From Psilocybe cubensis (lineage: Eukaryota), in the NCBI GenBank assembly GCA_017499595.2, contig CM038998.1, positions 558,001-622,000 on the forward strand: a stretch of DNA of 64,000 nucleotides. The letters run 5' to 3'. Below are positions 12,819 to 26,615 of the stretch, one piece after another. Numbering within the stretch: position 1 is the first letter of the stretch; the number at the start of each line of letters is the position of its first letter. The notes beneath the pieces are model-generated. The model was not told the origin of the DNA and did no database searches. It worked only from the letters and a program-made list of their open reading frames with translations. The position numbers and the translations under genes were made by a program.

Positions 12819-15335
12819 GACAATGAGGAAATGATGGTGGGGAACAAATTTGGCGGCGACCACAAGCGTTTGTCCTTCGTTCTCCGACGACCAACGCGAA
12901 CTCTTGGCACTGCACGATCACGTGATTACTTCAGGAACGTCGCGCAGCTTGCGCGCAGCGAACTTAGGTGTGTCCAGCGCGGGTTTGGCTGGCTTGGGTT
13001 GAACCATACAAATTCAATCTCAAGAGACCAGAGTGATTTTTGTGAGCCTATGAAAGCAATTTTATTTTCATAAGAATTTATATAAGCACTCGTAATCCCA
13101 TTTCCAACTGATGATTTGAATGACCACAATTTAGGGGGGCAGCATCTTTTGGGGCATTTGCGTTGTTATAGATTCAACATATTTCTAGCAGTTACAGCTT
13201 TATTTATATGCAAAGAATTTTGAGATAAAGAGTGTGAGATCAACAGGTCTCTCTGTAGTCATTAGGGCGTTATTGTTTTGAAGCTCGAATTACTCTCAAG
13301 TCAGAGTCAGTGATGAAGCACAATAGTACCCCTGATAAGATCTTCACGCAAAAAAAGATAACTGTAGATTTGATAAGACTACATTATGATTAAAATAACA
13401 AGGATCATAATACAGATAGCGCTACGACGCATAGGGAAAGGCTTCAAAAAATAGATGAAACTGTTACTAAACAGCCATTGGTGAGGATCACTAGCAAACC
13501 TCTTGGATAAATAAAATGACCAAAGGTAGCAATGAGAAATCATTTATCCGCATGTAGGAAAAACCTAGCTGTCCTCAATCTTCAATCCAGAAATACAGCG
13601 GACAGTATGGCGGCCATCAACTCAACTCAGAAAATTCTACGTCGCTAATAGCAAATAGCATATAAAAATACGCACCATTCACCCCAATCATAGTACTAAG
13701 GAATCAGCAAGGGGTGTTCAAAAACTATCTTCGCTTTCTCTTGCACTTGCCCAAGGCACTGATGTCTGGTATTTTTAGACTGTTCAATTACCAAGGTATT
13801 TTTTGTGTGTTTTGATTAGCTCTTCGGTTCACGATGAGAACAAGATGATAAGGGATAGTGACTCGGGGAACGCACTACTATATCCCATAGAAGAACAAAG
13901 GCTTCCTAGCCTGGTATTGAAACTTCGGTGGAGGGAGTCATCCGAAATCCTCAACTTTTCAGTGCGGTTCGTGATTTGACAAAGGCAAACATTCGTCAGC
14001 GCAAGTCTCTGCCGGCACTGATTCCACCTGAGATAAAAATAGAAAATAGATATCTGTCTGCGTATGTGGGTTGAACATCAGGATCACGTCTTGGGACAGT
14101 GGGACTTGCATTGTCTCGAATCCGTAATTAATCAAGTGTTAAAGCATTATTGTTGTGTTGACATCAATTGAGATTAGGTCGCATTCATGTAGGGGCAAAA
14201 CCACAGCGATGCCAGTCCAGTCTAAGAATCCACCCATACTGCCCACATACTTACTTACAACCTCAATTCATAGCTGTATCACCTGTGAAACGCACAGAGT
14301 TCCAGATATTCGCAATCGGTAGGATACAAAAACCGATATTATTCAAGTTGGCGACAAGACCTTTTTCTTGAAAAATTCGACCGACTAAACGACAACCGGC
14401 TTTGCACGCAGCGGATGTAGTGATTGATTAAAATAGATTTGCAACAATAAGATTTAGAAGCTGTAATTTTCACATGTTTCGTTCATTCTCAAATCTCCAG
14501 GTATGCGCGTGAGAGACTGGCTGTCAAATTGAGTGCGTTGATGGAGAATCATCGGTTCCTGTACATCGGCCACTGCTCGACAGGAGAATAGAAAGTACAT
14601 CGATAAAGTTTTGGATACCACATTGGAGTGTCTCGCATTCTGATACGTGACGGGCGCTGGATGGTAGCCATGTAGCGAAGATAATTGTAGATCCGTTGGA
14701 TGCACCATCACGGTATTTGGAAAATCACAACTGGCATATTTCGCCTTCGTTAATACATCTATGTATACTTGACTCGTATCAAAGTTCGAACTACCGGGGC
14801 CTTGGCCCAAAACTAATGCAAGTGTCCACCTCCATTCAAGGCATTGTTCTATCAAGTGCTGTGTGTATTTGGATGTCCTGAATGGGAGACTGCGCTGTCC
14901 ATGTGGCGAGTCATATACTCTCACAGATGTTCGTTCAGCTTGCTCTATGCATCATTAGTGATGACAAAAAGTGATAAAAGAACACTCAACAGACCATTCT
15001 TTGTTCAGATTAAGTCATGAAACGTAGAACAGACCCAGTAGTGATCCAATGTTAGATGAAATATACTATAATTTAATGTATTTGGGTAATACAATGGACG
15101 GTAAATTACTGTGAAATACGGTTACAACAGAGACTACAGTACAAAATGAGGAGCTCTACTCCAAAAAAATCTACAATGATTTCATTCAAAAAAATTTGAT
15201 GCGGAGGAATGTGTATCAGAATAATTGTGCAACTTGGGAATTGTAAAAAAAAATTGGACGTAAGGACAGAGCGCGACCCGCAATGCTGGGGTCGGTCGGA
15301 ATTGATCAAGAAAGAGGTCGTAGAAGTAGTAAAAA

Positions 15336-17192
15336 TCACCAGAGCAAACGATCCATTTCCCGCTCTCTTCTAAGATGCGAGACAGTCATCTCCGCGTCCG
15401 CCAGAAGAGGGAAAACCTGGCCATCTCCATTCTTGTCCAAGGAAAGCGCACGCTGTTCATCTCCCATCATCCACACCCGTGCATGAATATTAAATGCACG
15501 CGTCTCGCGCTTCTCGAACAGCCTTGTGGGGATGGGTATCCAGAACTGGAGATACCACCCTCTCACAGAGGCCGCTCCACCGTATTCATTGTATCCCAAT
15601 AACGCATTCAACCCATCTCTCCTATGCACACGTGTACGACCGTTACGCTCAATGCCTGGTTTGGTGTATGTGCGCGTCCATTTCCCGTCGAGCGTTATTC
15701 CACTTTGGCTGATCCCTTTACCGGATTGTGGTCGGTCACTGGAGATGAGATCATCATTGGCTGTTCCAGTCTTGCACCCTGAGTAGTAAGTCGCGTACTC
15801 GTGCTGCGGATCGTTTCGCGACATGGGTGAGGCAAATGGAATGTCTTCGCATCGGATATCAATGAGTGATACGTCGGGGAGAGAGAGGGGTTTTCCAGAC
15901 CACCTCTGTGGGTCTTTTGCCATGATACAAAGCATCACGGGGAAAGCAACGTTGGAGCTGTATAGGAGGCTCATCGGTAATTCATTCTTTTAGCCTAAAA
16001 TATCGACTCACTTATCACCCATGTCCCAAACTTCAAAATGGGATGTCTGAGGGAAGACGATGGATAGCTCACAATCAGCTGCCCCGAGGTGCATGCATCC
16101 CCATGCATCTTGCTTTGAGGCTGAAGGGTTGGCAACTTTTGTCGGTTTAGCGCTTTGAATAACTTTCACCGGAAGCATCGGGACCGTTGCTGACGGAGTT
16201 CCCAAAGGGTGCTGGGGCTCGCGATTTTGGCACAGTGTACGTAGTGGGAGAGGATCAGGGAGACCCGTCAGTTTCCTGTCAAGGGAGTTGTGGGCACCAG
16301 GATCATCGGAACCCAGAGACAAGTTGGGCTTGAGCATAGCAGACGGCCGATTAATTGTCCTTACGCCGCTCTCACTACGCGATCGAGCCAGTGTTTTTGC
16401 CTTCTTGACGCCCATATTTTCCATCACCACTTTGGAATGTCTATTGAGCGGAAACGGTATTTCATTTTCGAGTAATTCATCGTCTTCGATTGGCGCTGAG
16501 AATGGCGGAGCATTATTTGAGGGTAAGGTAGTATCAATCGTAGATCCAGAGCTGGAAGCTGCACTCCCAGGAGAGCTGGGTAGGGGTGGTAGATAGTCCA
16601 TATCCCAGCAAGATAGGTCATCCGAGACGTCAATAGATAGATACGGTGTCGTGTATGTCGCGGCTCCAGTGGCGGTAACGTGGTGGGTCTGGTCTACATT
16701 GAGGTCCTTTAACGCTGGCTTGGATACTGAGACCTTCTCTTTAGTGTCGACGGAGTTCTCGACAGTAGGCTTGCGTGGTCCTTTCTCGAATACACCAAAG
16801 TCCAAGAAGATGACAGAAGAAGGGAGGAATGATTTTAATTTGTGTTTGATGGCGCCAGCGCTGTTAATAGTCAAAAGAGTTGTTTCATGACTCCCCTCAT
16901 CGGTGGAATTTTTAGATATTGAGAATCGTGAGCGGATGGTTTCGACGGAGGTGGTACGTCGGTGAACAATATCTTTATTTCCCTGATCTGACGAGGAGTG
17001 ACTCCGGTGAGTGAAAACGGCTGACTCGGCGGACCGTATCCGCCGCGGACCTGAAATCCTCCGACCGGATTGCGCTTGTGCTGAATTTGGAGGCATAGTA
17101 GCATTTTCCCGGAACGATGATGATGATCCAGTTGTGCATGTATCCCGGGTAGGCTGATATACCGATGAGTCCTCCATATCCATGACGAGCAT
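15336..17192 (-). CDS. Hypothetical protein (disordered N-terminus, folded C-terminal domain), 2 exons
   Basis: ORFs of 394 aa and 212 aa joined by a GTGAGT...CAG intron near 16010-15960. Confidence 0.7.
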
Positions 17193-19167
17193 GTGTAGTG
17201 GTTATAGAGATTAAATGCTGAAATCTATATGAAAGGGATAAAGGAACGACAAAGAAAAACAAAAGGAGTGAATAGGATAAGGTTAAAAAAGAAAGGAAAT
17301 TTTATTTTGAAAGGAGTGTGGGTGAGGAGTATGATGGTCAACAGAATGCGTTACCGACCATAAGCCTTGTTGGTGATCGACTGAGTACAAGAGTTTTTGG
17401 GTATAATAAAAGTTGGGGTTGGTCAAGGGAAAGACAGGGCGCCCTTATGACGAAGCCAGCGCTGCCTGGCATAATAAAGACTAAGAAAATATTCTTAAGC
17501 CTGTCTTGACTTGTTGATCTCGGGGATGAACACCTACCGATTGGGGCCACTCCGCTAGGTGCCTGTGCTAAATTCTAACCTGGACTTCAAAACATTTCAG
17601 TCATTGCTTACTCTTGAATAACATGCAGTGTAAGGACCGCAAATTCAATTCGTCAGCAACGAGGAGGAAAGTAGTAGAGATATACGTGAGCATTTACTTC
17701 ACGGGGGATAGAGGTTGAGGTTCATTCTCGGTCGGTCAAGTCGGAAGTCATTCATGTCCATTGCAACTTGCAACGTGCCCGGTTGCACATGGAGCGGAGC
17801 GTGAGAACAATTGTCTAAAAATAAATCAATCAGGGACACACCTGATATCCTTCAAAATATCATATAAAATTGCCTTTGAAAAAGTAAAAAATAAGTAATT
17901 CAAGAGTCAGAGTTGAAGCTTGAAGCAGTACTTACAAGGATGTACTACAAATTAAACAAAGACTCAGGATACTAAGACAATTTAATCAACTATTGTGCCG
18001 GATCAAATTGCGCCTCTCAACGGCGCCGCTGTTTGCCGGAATTAAAGTCACCGAATCTGGCCCACTTTGAACGATTATTCTCAATCTTCAACTCAACTTG
18101 AACTCATTACTCAACTTGCACCTACGTTTTCGACCGCGTTTAGCTTCGACGGCTCAATATTAATGTTTTATTGATACCAGCAACTCCTTTGACGAATTTA
18201 ACCTCGCCTTCTCACCTCCTCTTGTTAGCATAATCCACTAGTACTTCAAGCTCGTGTAGTACTTCTTCAGCATCTGATTTCTGGCGTTCAAAAACGAAAA
18301 AGGACCTCTGTGAAGCTGGATATTTGGCCCTCCTTGTACACGCGTGCTTTAAAAGCAGACAACTACTCATGTGCGTAAAGAAGGGGTCTTCGTTGAAAGT
18401 CGTGTTGCCAGACCACTGTGCCTTTAATCATCTCCCTGGATACAATTTAGAGTTCCAGTGCGCAAACCGCTCGTTCACGCTCGTTTGCATTACAAAGTAC
18501 CACTCTATTGGGGATTCAGACCTGTACACTGCTTGTTACAGTACAAAAATGCTCTTCTTCTCGACCCTGCAGTACGGAAGCGGGCATTATCCCTGGCGAC
18601 AGGATCATGCCTCGCTCGCATCCATAATACTGGGTTCAGTCAAGACTTGCTCTAGATCGGACGACGTTGACTCCATTTTTTCTTTCTATCTTCCTGCGAG
18701 GACCTTTTGCAACGTTGTGTTTTGTTATACAACTTTCCGCTTTTCCCCAGAGTAAGCTGGACGATCATTGCTTCTGGTTTAAAGCACTTGTGGGGAATTT
18801 ATGCCCTTTCACAACTCCAGAACCCATGCGTCGGTCCGTTCCTTGAAATTGGCTTGGCCAACCTTTTAGCCGTGTCTCCAACGTTGGTAAACACTTCCTC
18901 AATTTTAAATTGATATTTGTCGTCATCTCTACCTACATTTCATCGTGCCAAGCACAGGGGTTCGAATATCTATAAAACTTGCGAACCAGAACGATTCACG
19001 TTCGTTTTCATCCTTTTCTTTTGACCGGCCTGGCATCGTTGTTTTTTTGACCTGGTGTCTTTTTTGAGTCGACCTCACTTCGTTTCGTTTCGTTTCGTTT
19101 CTTCTTCAGTTAATTCGTTCTTTTTTCTAAACATTTTTCTTTGGGATACTTTTGAATCACTTCTCCA

Positions 19168-20974
19168 ATGGCACGCTTCCCTACTTCCTTGGTCTCTTTC
19201 CTCATTCTCGCTTGTGCATTCCAAGCCAATGCTGGTACGCTCCTATCTATATTTAACATCTACTTTACACTTAAAGCAATATTTAGCTCCTCTTCAGGGT
19301 CGTGGTGCAGGCAAAGCAGGCTCTGTTAACGCATGTACCTCAGCACAAACTTCGCTCGTTACCCAAATCAAGTCAGCCAATGATGCTCTCATCAAAACTG
19401 CCAACTCTTCCCCTAAGTAGGTCTGATTGCTACTGCGCAGATACCACCTTTACAATTTCTTGACAACAGGGATGTTGCTCTGATCGAATCCCTGACCGCC
19501 ATCCAGAAAGGATTGAAGGAGTCTTTGAGTGGAGTTAATAACGTCGCCGATTCTCTCTCCAAGGGCAGCACTCCTTCTCTCACCAGCTTCAGTTTGATTG
19601 CTAGTGGACTGGACAATGCCAGGACTGCCCTGTCCGGCACCAAAGCGTAAGCCAGTCATTGACTCATCGCATCGCATTCTTATATTTTTCTGATTTGCAT
19701 TTACACAGTGTTGATGCAAGTAAAGCCACACAGCTCCTCAAATCTGTCCAGGATAAGATCAACAAGGCCCTCGCTGCTGGAACGAAAGTTGTCGAGGCAT
19801 GCGGGACATCCAGTGTTACCACCACCCTCGCCATCGAGTCCAAATCCGCATCGGAGACCGCGACCGCCGTTGAAAGCGCCAGTACCACCGAGAGTGTTTC
19901 CGCGTCCACGATGAGTACCGATCACGCTTCCGCCACAACCACAGCTGCCGCCGAGTCTGCCTCTGTCACGGAGTCGGCGTCCGCTTCGACTACTTCGGAT
20001 GCCGCTGCTACAACGACTGCTATTGAGTCTGTCACGGAGTCGGCGTCCGCTTCGACTACTTCGGATGCCGCTGCTACAACGACTGCTGTTATGTCTGAGG
20101 TGGTGACGTCTTCCTCGAGTGCTGCGGAGACCTCCTCAACTGCCGCCGCTGCAACAGACACATGCCCTCCTCAAGTGGTAAGCTCTTTGTCTTGTTATGC
20201 CTCCTGCGATCAGTCGTTTAAATGCCCTTTTTCCTCAGACCGTCACACAAGCTGGTGCTGCTGTAACCAAGACCATTACCAAAGCTGCTATCCAGACGAA
20301 GACCGTGATTAAAGCTGGCGCCGCCGGCAAAGTGAGTGATTCACCTTTCGTTCTTGCATCTGCATACTTATTCACCATCAACAGCAGAAGACTGTTACTG
20401 TTACCGCCGCCGCTGTTGTAAGCACAATTTCTCGTCTTGGTTGTATGATTCTTACAATTCGCCTCAGACCGTCACCGTCACTGCCGATGCCACTGCCACA
20501 GAATCTGCGAGTGTATCTGAGGCTGCTTCCACTACGGAGACATCTACATCTGCTGCTGCGACCGAAACCAAGAAGAAGGTCCTCCTCGAGAAGCCCAAAG
20601 TCGCCGAGAAAGCCAAGGGCCCCAAACGCGTAGAAGACAAGGGCCCCAAACGTGCGGACGACAAGAAGAAGGGCAGGAAGTCGTCGACCTCCGAGGCAGC
20701 TACCAGCACGGTCGAGACTGCTACCGCCACCGCTTCTGAGACCGCCGCATCAGAGACTGCCACCGCCAGCGAATCATCGACAGTCAGCGCTTCCGAGACT
20801 TCAAGCGTCGCTGAGACCGCTGTAAGCACCTCCGCTGCTGCCACGTCGACTACCGCCGCTTCGCAGGAAACCGGTCGACCCGACCATCCTGGAACCAACG
20901 ACGACCTCCCCACCGTCGGCAAACGCTTCTTTGACTACATTGTCAAGCACCCTGCGCGCAGTGCCACGAACTAG
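19168..20974 (+). CDS. Secreted Ser/Thr/Ala-rich (mucin- or cell-wall-like) protein with an N-terminal helical 2-Cys domain
   Basis: Signal peptide MARFPTSLVSFLILACAFQANA; multiple short introns; long S/T/A/E tracts; TATAAAA near 18971. Confidence 0.75.
19962..20087 (+). repeat. Coding tandem repeat, 66-nt period, 2 copies (SVTESASASTTSDAAATTTA)
   Basis: Identical 60-nt blocks start at 19962 and 20028. Confidence 0.9.
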
Positions 20975-21635
20975 GATTCCCATTCTTCTCTTTGCCTAGC
21001 GAGAGGATGGAGATGAAGTTGGTTCGAATTTTTTTTTAATACAAAGGACTTAATTAGCCACACTCCTTGCGCACGATGACGCTCGATGCGTTGGCCCTCT
21101 TCCGGAGTTCTGCTTTTTTGCGTCTTTCACACAGATCCCTTTTTATTTTGTTTTGGTGCCTTTTCGAATTGATACGTATGGAAGAAAGGAAGAAGTGAGG
21201 TCGGGCTGTTTTGAATGGACTTTTTTTTGGACAATTAGCATTTAAAACAGCGCCTTTTAGTCGGTCGTTTAGAATTTATGGATGTTTTACATACATGTCA
21301 GAGTGTGACCACTACGCACCAAAGGGTAAGGTGTGTCTTGAGGGTGTTGTCGTAAGTGTTTCGGGCCAGTAGTAAGATGCCGCTGGAGGACGGCATGTTT
21401 TTGCTTTTTGACATTATTGCTTGTGTGCTGAGACCAATCTTATTCGCGCTAGCAGCTTTGAAAACTGAGTTTTGTATCGGGCTTGATATAAGACCATGCC
21501 TTTGAAGTGAATGGTATTAGGTGCTAGAAGATATTCTAAATTATAAATATTAGTCCGGTTGTGCCGCCTGTGCATGTTGTCAGAATTGAACACCGGGTTG
21601 ACAGGGTGCAGGTAAACATACCACACTGCCTGCTC

Positions 21636-22398
21636 TCAACCCAAAGATTCATAATCCTTGAGAACTGCTCCTGCATCCTTTTTCGAGTGATCACGGATAA
21701 GCTGGAAGGTATATTTCGAGTCGCTCTCGTCATCCACGTTTTCCGGAATCAAATCGATAAGGTTTTCCAAGGCCTCCCGCATAATGTCAAAGATGTAATT
21801 TGATGTACTCGCGATGGAATCATGGTCAAGATCTTGAAATGCAAGGTGGATTTGTTCCGCTGCGGTACGCATAATCCGATGAGCTTCGACTTCCGTCTCG
21901 CCTGCCTTGATCATACGAGACAAATCCTTGAACAAATCGTCGACTTCCTCCTGAGGGATACGAGCAAATGCTTGGTAAAGCTTCTTGAAGTATATCAGAG
22001 TCTCTGCGGAATCCTCCAGGTTGATATTACTGTAGGACATATCCGCTCGCTGGAGATATATGACGTTGACCAAAAGTCCAAGTGTAATTTCACCCTCTTC
22101 AACAAGGTCATACATCGTAGCCAGCGTCAATATATTGAATAAAACGAGGGTGCCTACACCACACATCAGTCTCTATAACAGTTTCTAGTGGTACCTGCTA
22201 CACACCGATGGTGGCACCCATTAACCGAGACCTGGGCTTTCCATCTGCTCTAAACCGAAGTTTGGCGAGCAAACTCCCTCCTCTTTGTTGATATAATTGT
22301 GGTCTGGGCAGTGATGAGTGCAATGAACGTCTCGGTATCTGGGGTCCTTGTCGGATGAGAGTGGCTGGCCGACGCACTATTGCCCTCCAGGCGAGCAT
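21636..22398 (-). CDS. Hypothetical protein with a mitochondrial-targeting-like N-terminus and one TM segment
   Basis: MLAWRAIVRRPATLIRQ..RRSLHSS presequence-like exon followed by a hydrophobic segment and acidic helical ORF 21636..22166; 3' end uncertain. Confidence 0.6.
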
Positions 22399-22825
22399 GG
22401 AATGGGGAGAAGAGTTCAGAAGTGTTGTGAGGAGGCGGTGTGGAAATGGGCAGAAACATCATATATTATGTAATATCATTCGGCACTTGTTCGGCAAGAA
22501 CGATTTCTCACGCAAACAGACATCAGCGCCAGCGTTTCTCGTACTTGTCATTAACATTCGCTCACATTCTTTCCTTGTCACAACTACTTTACTCGTTACA
22601 CGTCGATTTGAGGTCGAAATTCTAGTCAAATTTTCCTGCAAAATGAATGCGGGTGCCTCGCAGGGCAAGAAATTTCTCAATCGGAAAAGACTCTCAGGTG
22701 CATTGTCCGGTTTCGCGGATTTCAGAGCCAAGTTCTCGCGGATTTGAGGGCCAAAATGGGGGTCGAAGGCGGACAAAGCTTGTCGGGGCTTTTGTGTGGG
22801 TCAGCAAATTTTATTGCTGCAACTA

Positions 22826-23544
22826 CTATGTCACATCGTCGTGCCATGGGATGCCATGAGCCACGCGGAATTCGGTCCACTCAGACCATTTCTCTTCTGC
22901 TATTTCGTATGCCGGCTCCCAATCCACGCACGTATGTGTTGCCCCAAATCTCTCTGCAGTGAAATTTCGCTTCGTAAAGTCGCCAGGTTCAAGCGTCGCA
23001 TCCGCAGAACAAAGCGTATACTGCCGAAGGTAATTGAAGCAGTGCAAAATATGGTGCTGTCGTGGTAGGGTAAAGTTGTTCCATCCTTTTTCTATCACAT
23101 TTCGAATAGCCCTCAGGCAATGAAGTTCGTGAAACATGGCGACTGCGAACATCCTTTTCTCCTTTCCTAGTCGAATATGGCCGTCTCCTACGGACGCCGT
23201 CCACAACCACTCTTGCTCCGACTCGGGTGCAACGAGGTCGAAATGCACGCTCTCCTGTACGACCATCTTTACAAGTTTTTCTTCGATTGGAAGGCGCTTT
23301 GGATGGTCACCTCCGATAAATGCTGCAAAGGGTTAGTGAAGACGGTGGATGGTGAAAAGGGAGGCTTACAATACGAATCCAGAGGCCTTATTACATGGCT
23401 CCTTCTGGCGTGAGCCTTTACAGCGACAAGATTCTTGACGCTTTTTGCGAATTCAACCAATGACCACGTCAAATACAGCGAAGATGCAGCCAAGAGTGTA
23501 ATGCCCAAGAGTAGCGCTCGATGTCGTTTACCACTGTGTAGCAT
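22826..23544 (-). CDS. DUF3328 / UstYa-family oxidase #1 (2 exons; intron 23369-23323)
   Basis: N-terminal TM anchor; SFIGGDHP; two intact HXXHC motifs (MFHELHCL, HHILHCFNYLRQ); LCSADATLEP and HTCVDW typical of the UstYa family. Confidence 0.92.
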
Positions 23545-24879
23545 CGCGTGCTAGAAGGGCTGCTGTTTTTTTCGGACATTAGTTTGTCTCGAGCTCATTT
23601 GAATTGTGCAGACCTCAGAGCTTTTTGGAGAAATGGATAAATTCAAAACAATTCCCTTGAGCTAACATGTTCACAGGGACCTCTATCACCTCGGTAAACA
23701 TTCTACCGAAGTGTTGATGTTGTCAAAATATATCCCATTAGGGCGCAAATGTGCCAGCCGCCCCATCCCCGTTTCTCCAGCTCTAAAGGCGTAAACAAGC
23801 AGTGCTAACACCGACGTGCGACACCCAGGGGAGTAGGTCGGGCTCGGACTCTTTTGAAACGACAAGTTCCCGCCAACCAAAATTTTGGGTCCAAGTTGCA
23901 AATTTTCATCGAGTTGCCGCCAATGTCTGTTTTTCTTCAAGGTTGCGCAAGTGGTCTCTGTTCCTATTTTTAGCCTCGTCGTCGGCTGATCGTCCTAGTT
24001 TGCTTTTCTGGAGGAGACGGCAGTACGATTGTTCACCGACGTTATGCATCAACATCACTTGATTTCACGGCAAAAAGAATTGGGTGCAATAGGGAGATAT
24101 CGTTGATGAAGCTGAGTCTTGAGAGATTGGCCATCCTGCCGGCAGGCGTGCATAGCGCATAGTACGTTTGAGTTGATATCCAAATCGGGGTTTCAAAAAG
24201 CGACTTACTTGCGACTCGAGAGGGAAGAACGGAAGAGCCTTGGCTATTATGACTTCATGTCCAAGGTTTACGATGAAGCACAAATATATTTCAATTCCAA
24301 GGTGTGAAAACACTTATTGAATAACAAGCATTCAATTCGAAGACGGATATGGATTCTGTTTCTTTTTCAGTACATCGATGAGATACCTGCATTCGTCGCA
24401 AGTCTATTAGGCACTACAGTACGTCAGGAATGTCAATGTTGAATGTCTCCTACATATTGATATTCTTCTAGGTACAATAAATTCCTGTGGCTTCAAGCAG
24501 AAGATGTATTAAGGGCACTCTCTATCTGTCCTTGATAGACATTCTAAATCTAAACCATTTTTCTTATTCTTCTAGGCCTAGATCCCTGGGACTCCCTTTC
24601 AACATGCGCCACCAGCGATGAGAATGTGTGTTCGAACATACTGAATCAGGATGTGTATTCAATCTTCAATTATTCTGGGCTTATCGTCAAGATTCGTGTC
24701 TATACTAGTCTTGGATATAAATTTAAAGGGTCGACGATAATGTCTTTTTTCCGGGGGGAATGGCCTATTCATGTCTTAAAGCTATAGATTCCGGTCCCGA
24801 GCCAATATGGTGCAGTTAATTGTTCAATGGCATTGTCACAGCCACCCTGAATTTGACATGAGGGGTGGCGGGAAGTGAA

Positions 24880-26569
24880 CGGGGAGCGGATTCGGGAGCA
24901 AGAGCATTATCAACACGTCAAAGAGCACAGTAGTATCAGGCACATACAATATTTCTACATAACGATTTTACAAATACACACATTAATACAAAAAAATTGT
25001 GTATAATATTATTATCACCCTGGTGGATACGGTCGGGAATTTTTTGGGACAGCGGCTGCGCAAGTGAATGGAGATTAGATGTACTTCACATTGGTCAAGG
25101 TGCGAAATGCTTAGATGACGAGTGTTCTAGAATTGTTTGAGAGGATCGGTTTTGGCCCAAGAAAGCCACAGAATGAAGTGGTGATGGGATGGTTGTGACG
25201 TCGGGCGGGAGAAAGGTGAGAGGTGTCCGGATTTGTGTACCATCCTCACTCCATGCCCTGCCATTTACAACCCGTAATATGATCAGAAGGGGTGCGATGC
25301 CCTGGTGAAAGTAAGTCAGTGATGAGGAAGGGTTGATAGCAGCAACACTGGACGTACGCTCATCTTCGACCATAGTTGGCCAAATAGAATACCCGTTCCA
25401 TATTCCAGGGAAAAGGGTATGAGATACATGATTCCCAGCAGACTGTAGGGAGCGGCGGACTCGATAAGGATGGCCGCTGCACCCCCGTAGATTTGCCCGT
25501 TCTCTTTCCCGAGTGTTTTTGAGAAACGCCTAGACAGGCGGAATAAGCGAACACAGATGAAGACAGTCACCACGATGTTGAGGCATATAGTAATGGAATA
25601 GTATGCCACCGCCAGCCTGACACTATCCTTGCCGAAGAAGTCGCCATTAGGCTTCCCTGCTAGGACAAGTTGCTGGATCGCTAATGCTTCAGACAACGTT
25701 TATGAGCACACGGTTGCAAGCTAGGCGAAGGAAACACTCACCAAATCCGACCATGTATGCCAACGCAGGAAGCAAAATAACCACAAAGCTCCTTCCATAA
25801 ACGAGAAAGAGGCGATATATCTGCGAAAACAATGGATATCGATTATCCCCTGGTGTGAAAATGAAGTCCCACCAGAAGTGCATCGCCCATGAACACAGAG
25901 CCGACGACCGATACTGACCCCAGGGTCTCGTATCCGACAGAGACCTCTGTCTTGATATACTGAGCAACTCCTCCAGGTCTTTCCCGATATGTGATCCACA
26001 TCTCTTCTCCCCAAACGGCATTGCAGGCGACGTCAATCGTTGTCAGCAGAACCATGATTGTGCTATATACCGCGCGGAACCGTTTGCTATGCATGGAACT
26101 CTCATTCCCTCTGCGGAACAGCGATTCCAGAATCATGAAGTACACGCTTAACTCAAACCCTGTAAGGAAGTCTAGGTTGAGTATCAACTTTCGAGTAAAA
26201 GTGTGACCCACCGTACATGATCCCTCCTATGTAGCTTCCTATGTAGTAGGAATGCTCGAAAAGTGTAGTTCCTGTGGACATGGCATGCAGCGCGAGTGCG
26301 AGACCAGCTCGTTGAAGTGTGGGGTATTAAAGTGAGCTTTGGGGACAAGGGGGACGAAACAATGGCATGTGTCAATATTATGTGAAGACCTGTGTTAATA
26401 AACAAGTCATCAATAACTTAGACTCAATAAGCCTGCCACCAAACCATTTATGCCGTTCTAACCTGCGGCAGGATGTCTTGGATCTGAAAACATAAGTTTG
26501 AGACTGTGGCTATATAGTACTCTGTGTATGATGTGAGTAGATTAATGCTTAATTGGCTTAGTTGCTTCT
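24880..26569. repeat. Segmental duplication copy A (~1.69 kb) containing a 7-TM gene
   Basis: Near-identical direct copy of 30113..31799. Confidence 0.95.
25095..26281 (-). CDS. Agaricomycete 7-TM (GPCR-like) membrane protein, copy A (5 exons)
   Basis: Spliced MSTGTTLFEHSYYIGSYIGGIMYG-FELSVYF...MGDALL-IYRL...IESAAPYSL...LIILRVVNGRAWS; about seven hydrophobic segments. Confidence 0.8.
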
Positions 26570-26615
26570 GAATCCCATACACAAACAATGTAAGTAAATA
26601 ACTATTAAGAAGCCT

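Noticed and set aside
23686-24313. Small ORFs between DUF3328 #1 and 7-TM copy A as another precursor
   Set aside because: No signal peptide or repeats, and stops in all plausible spliced frames
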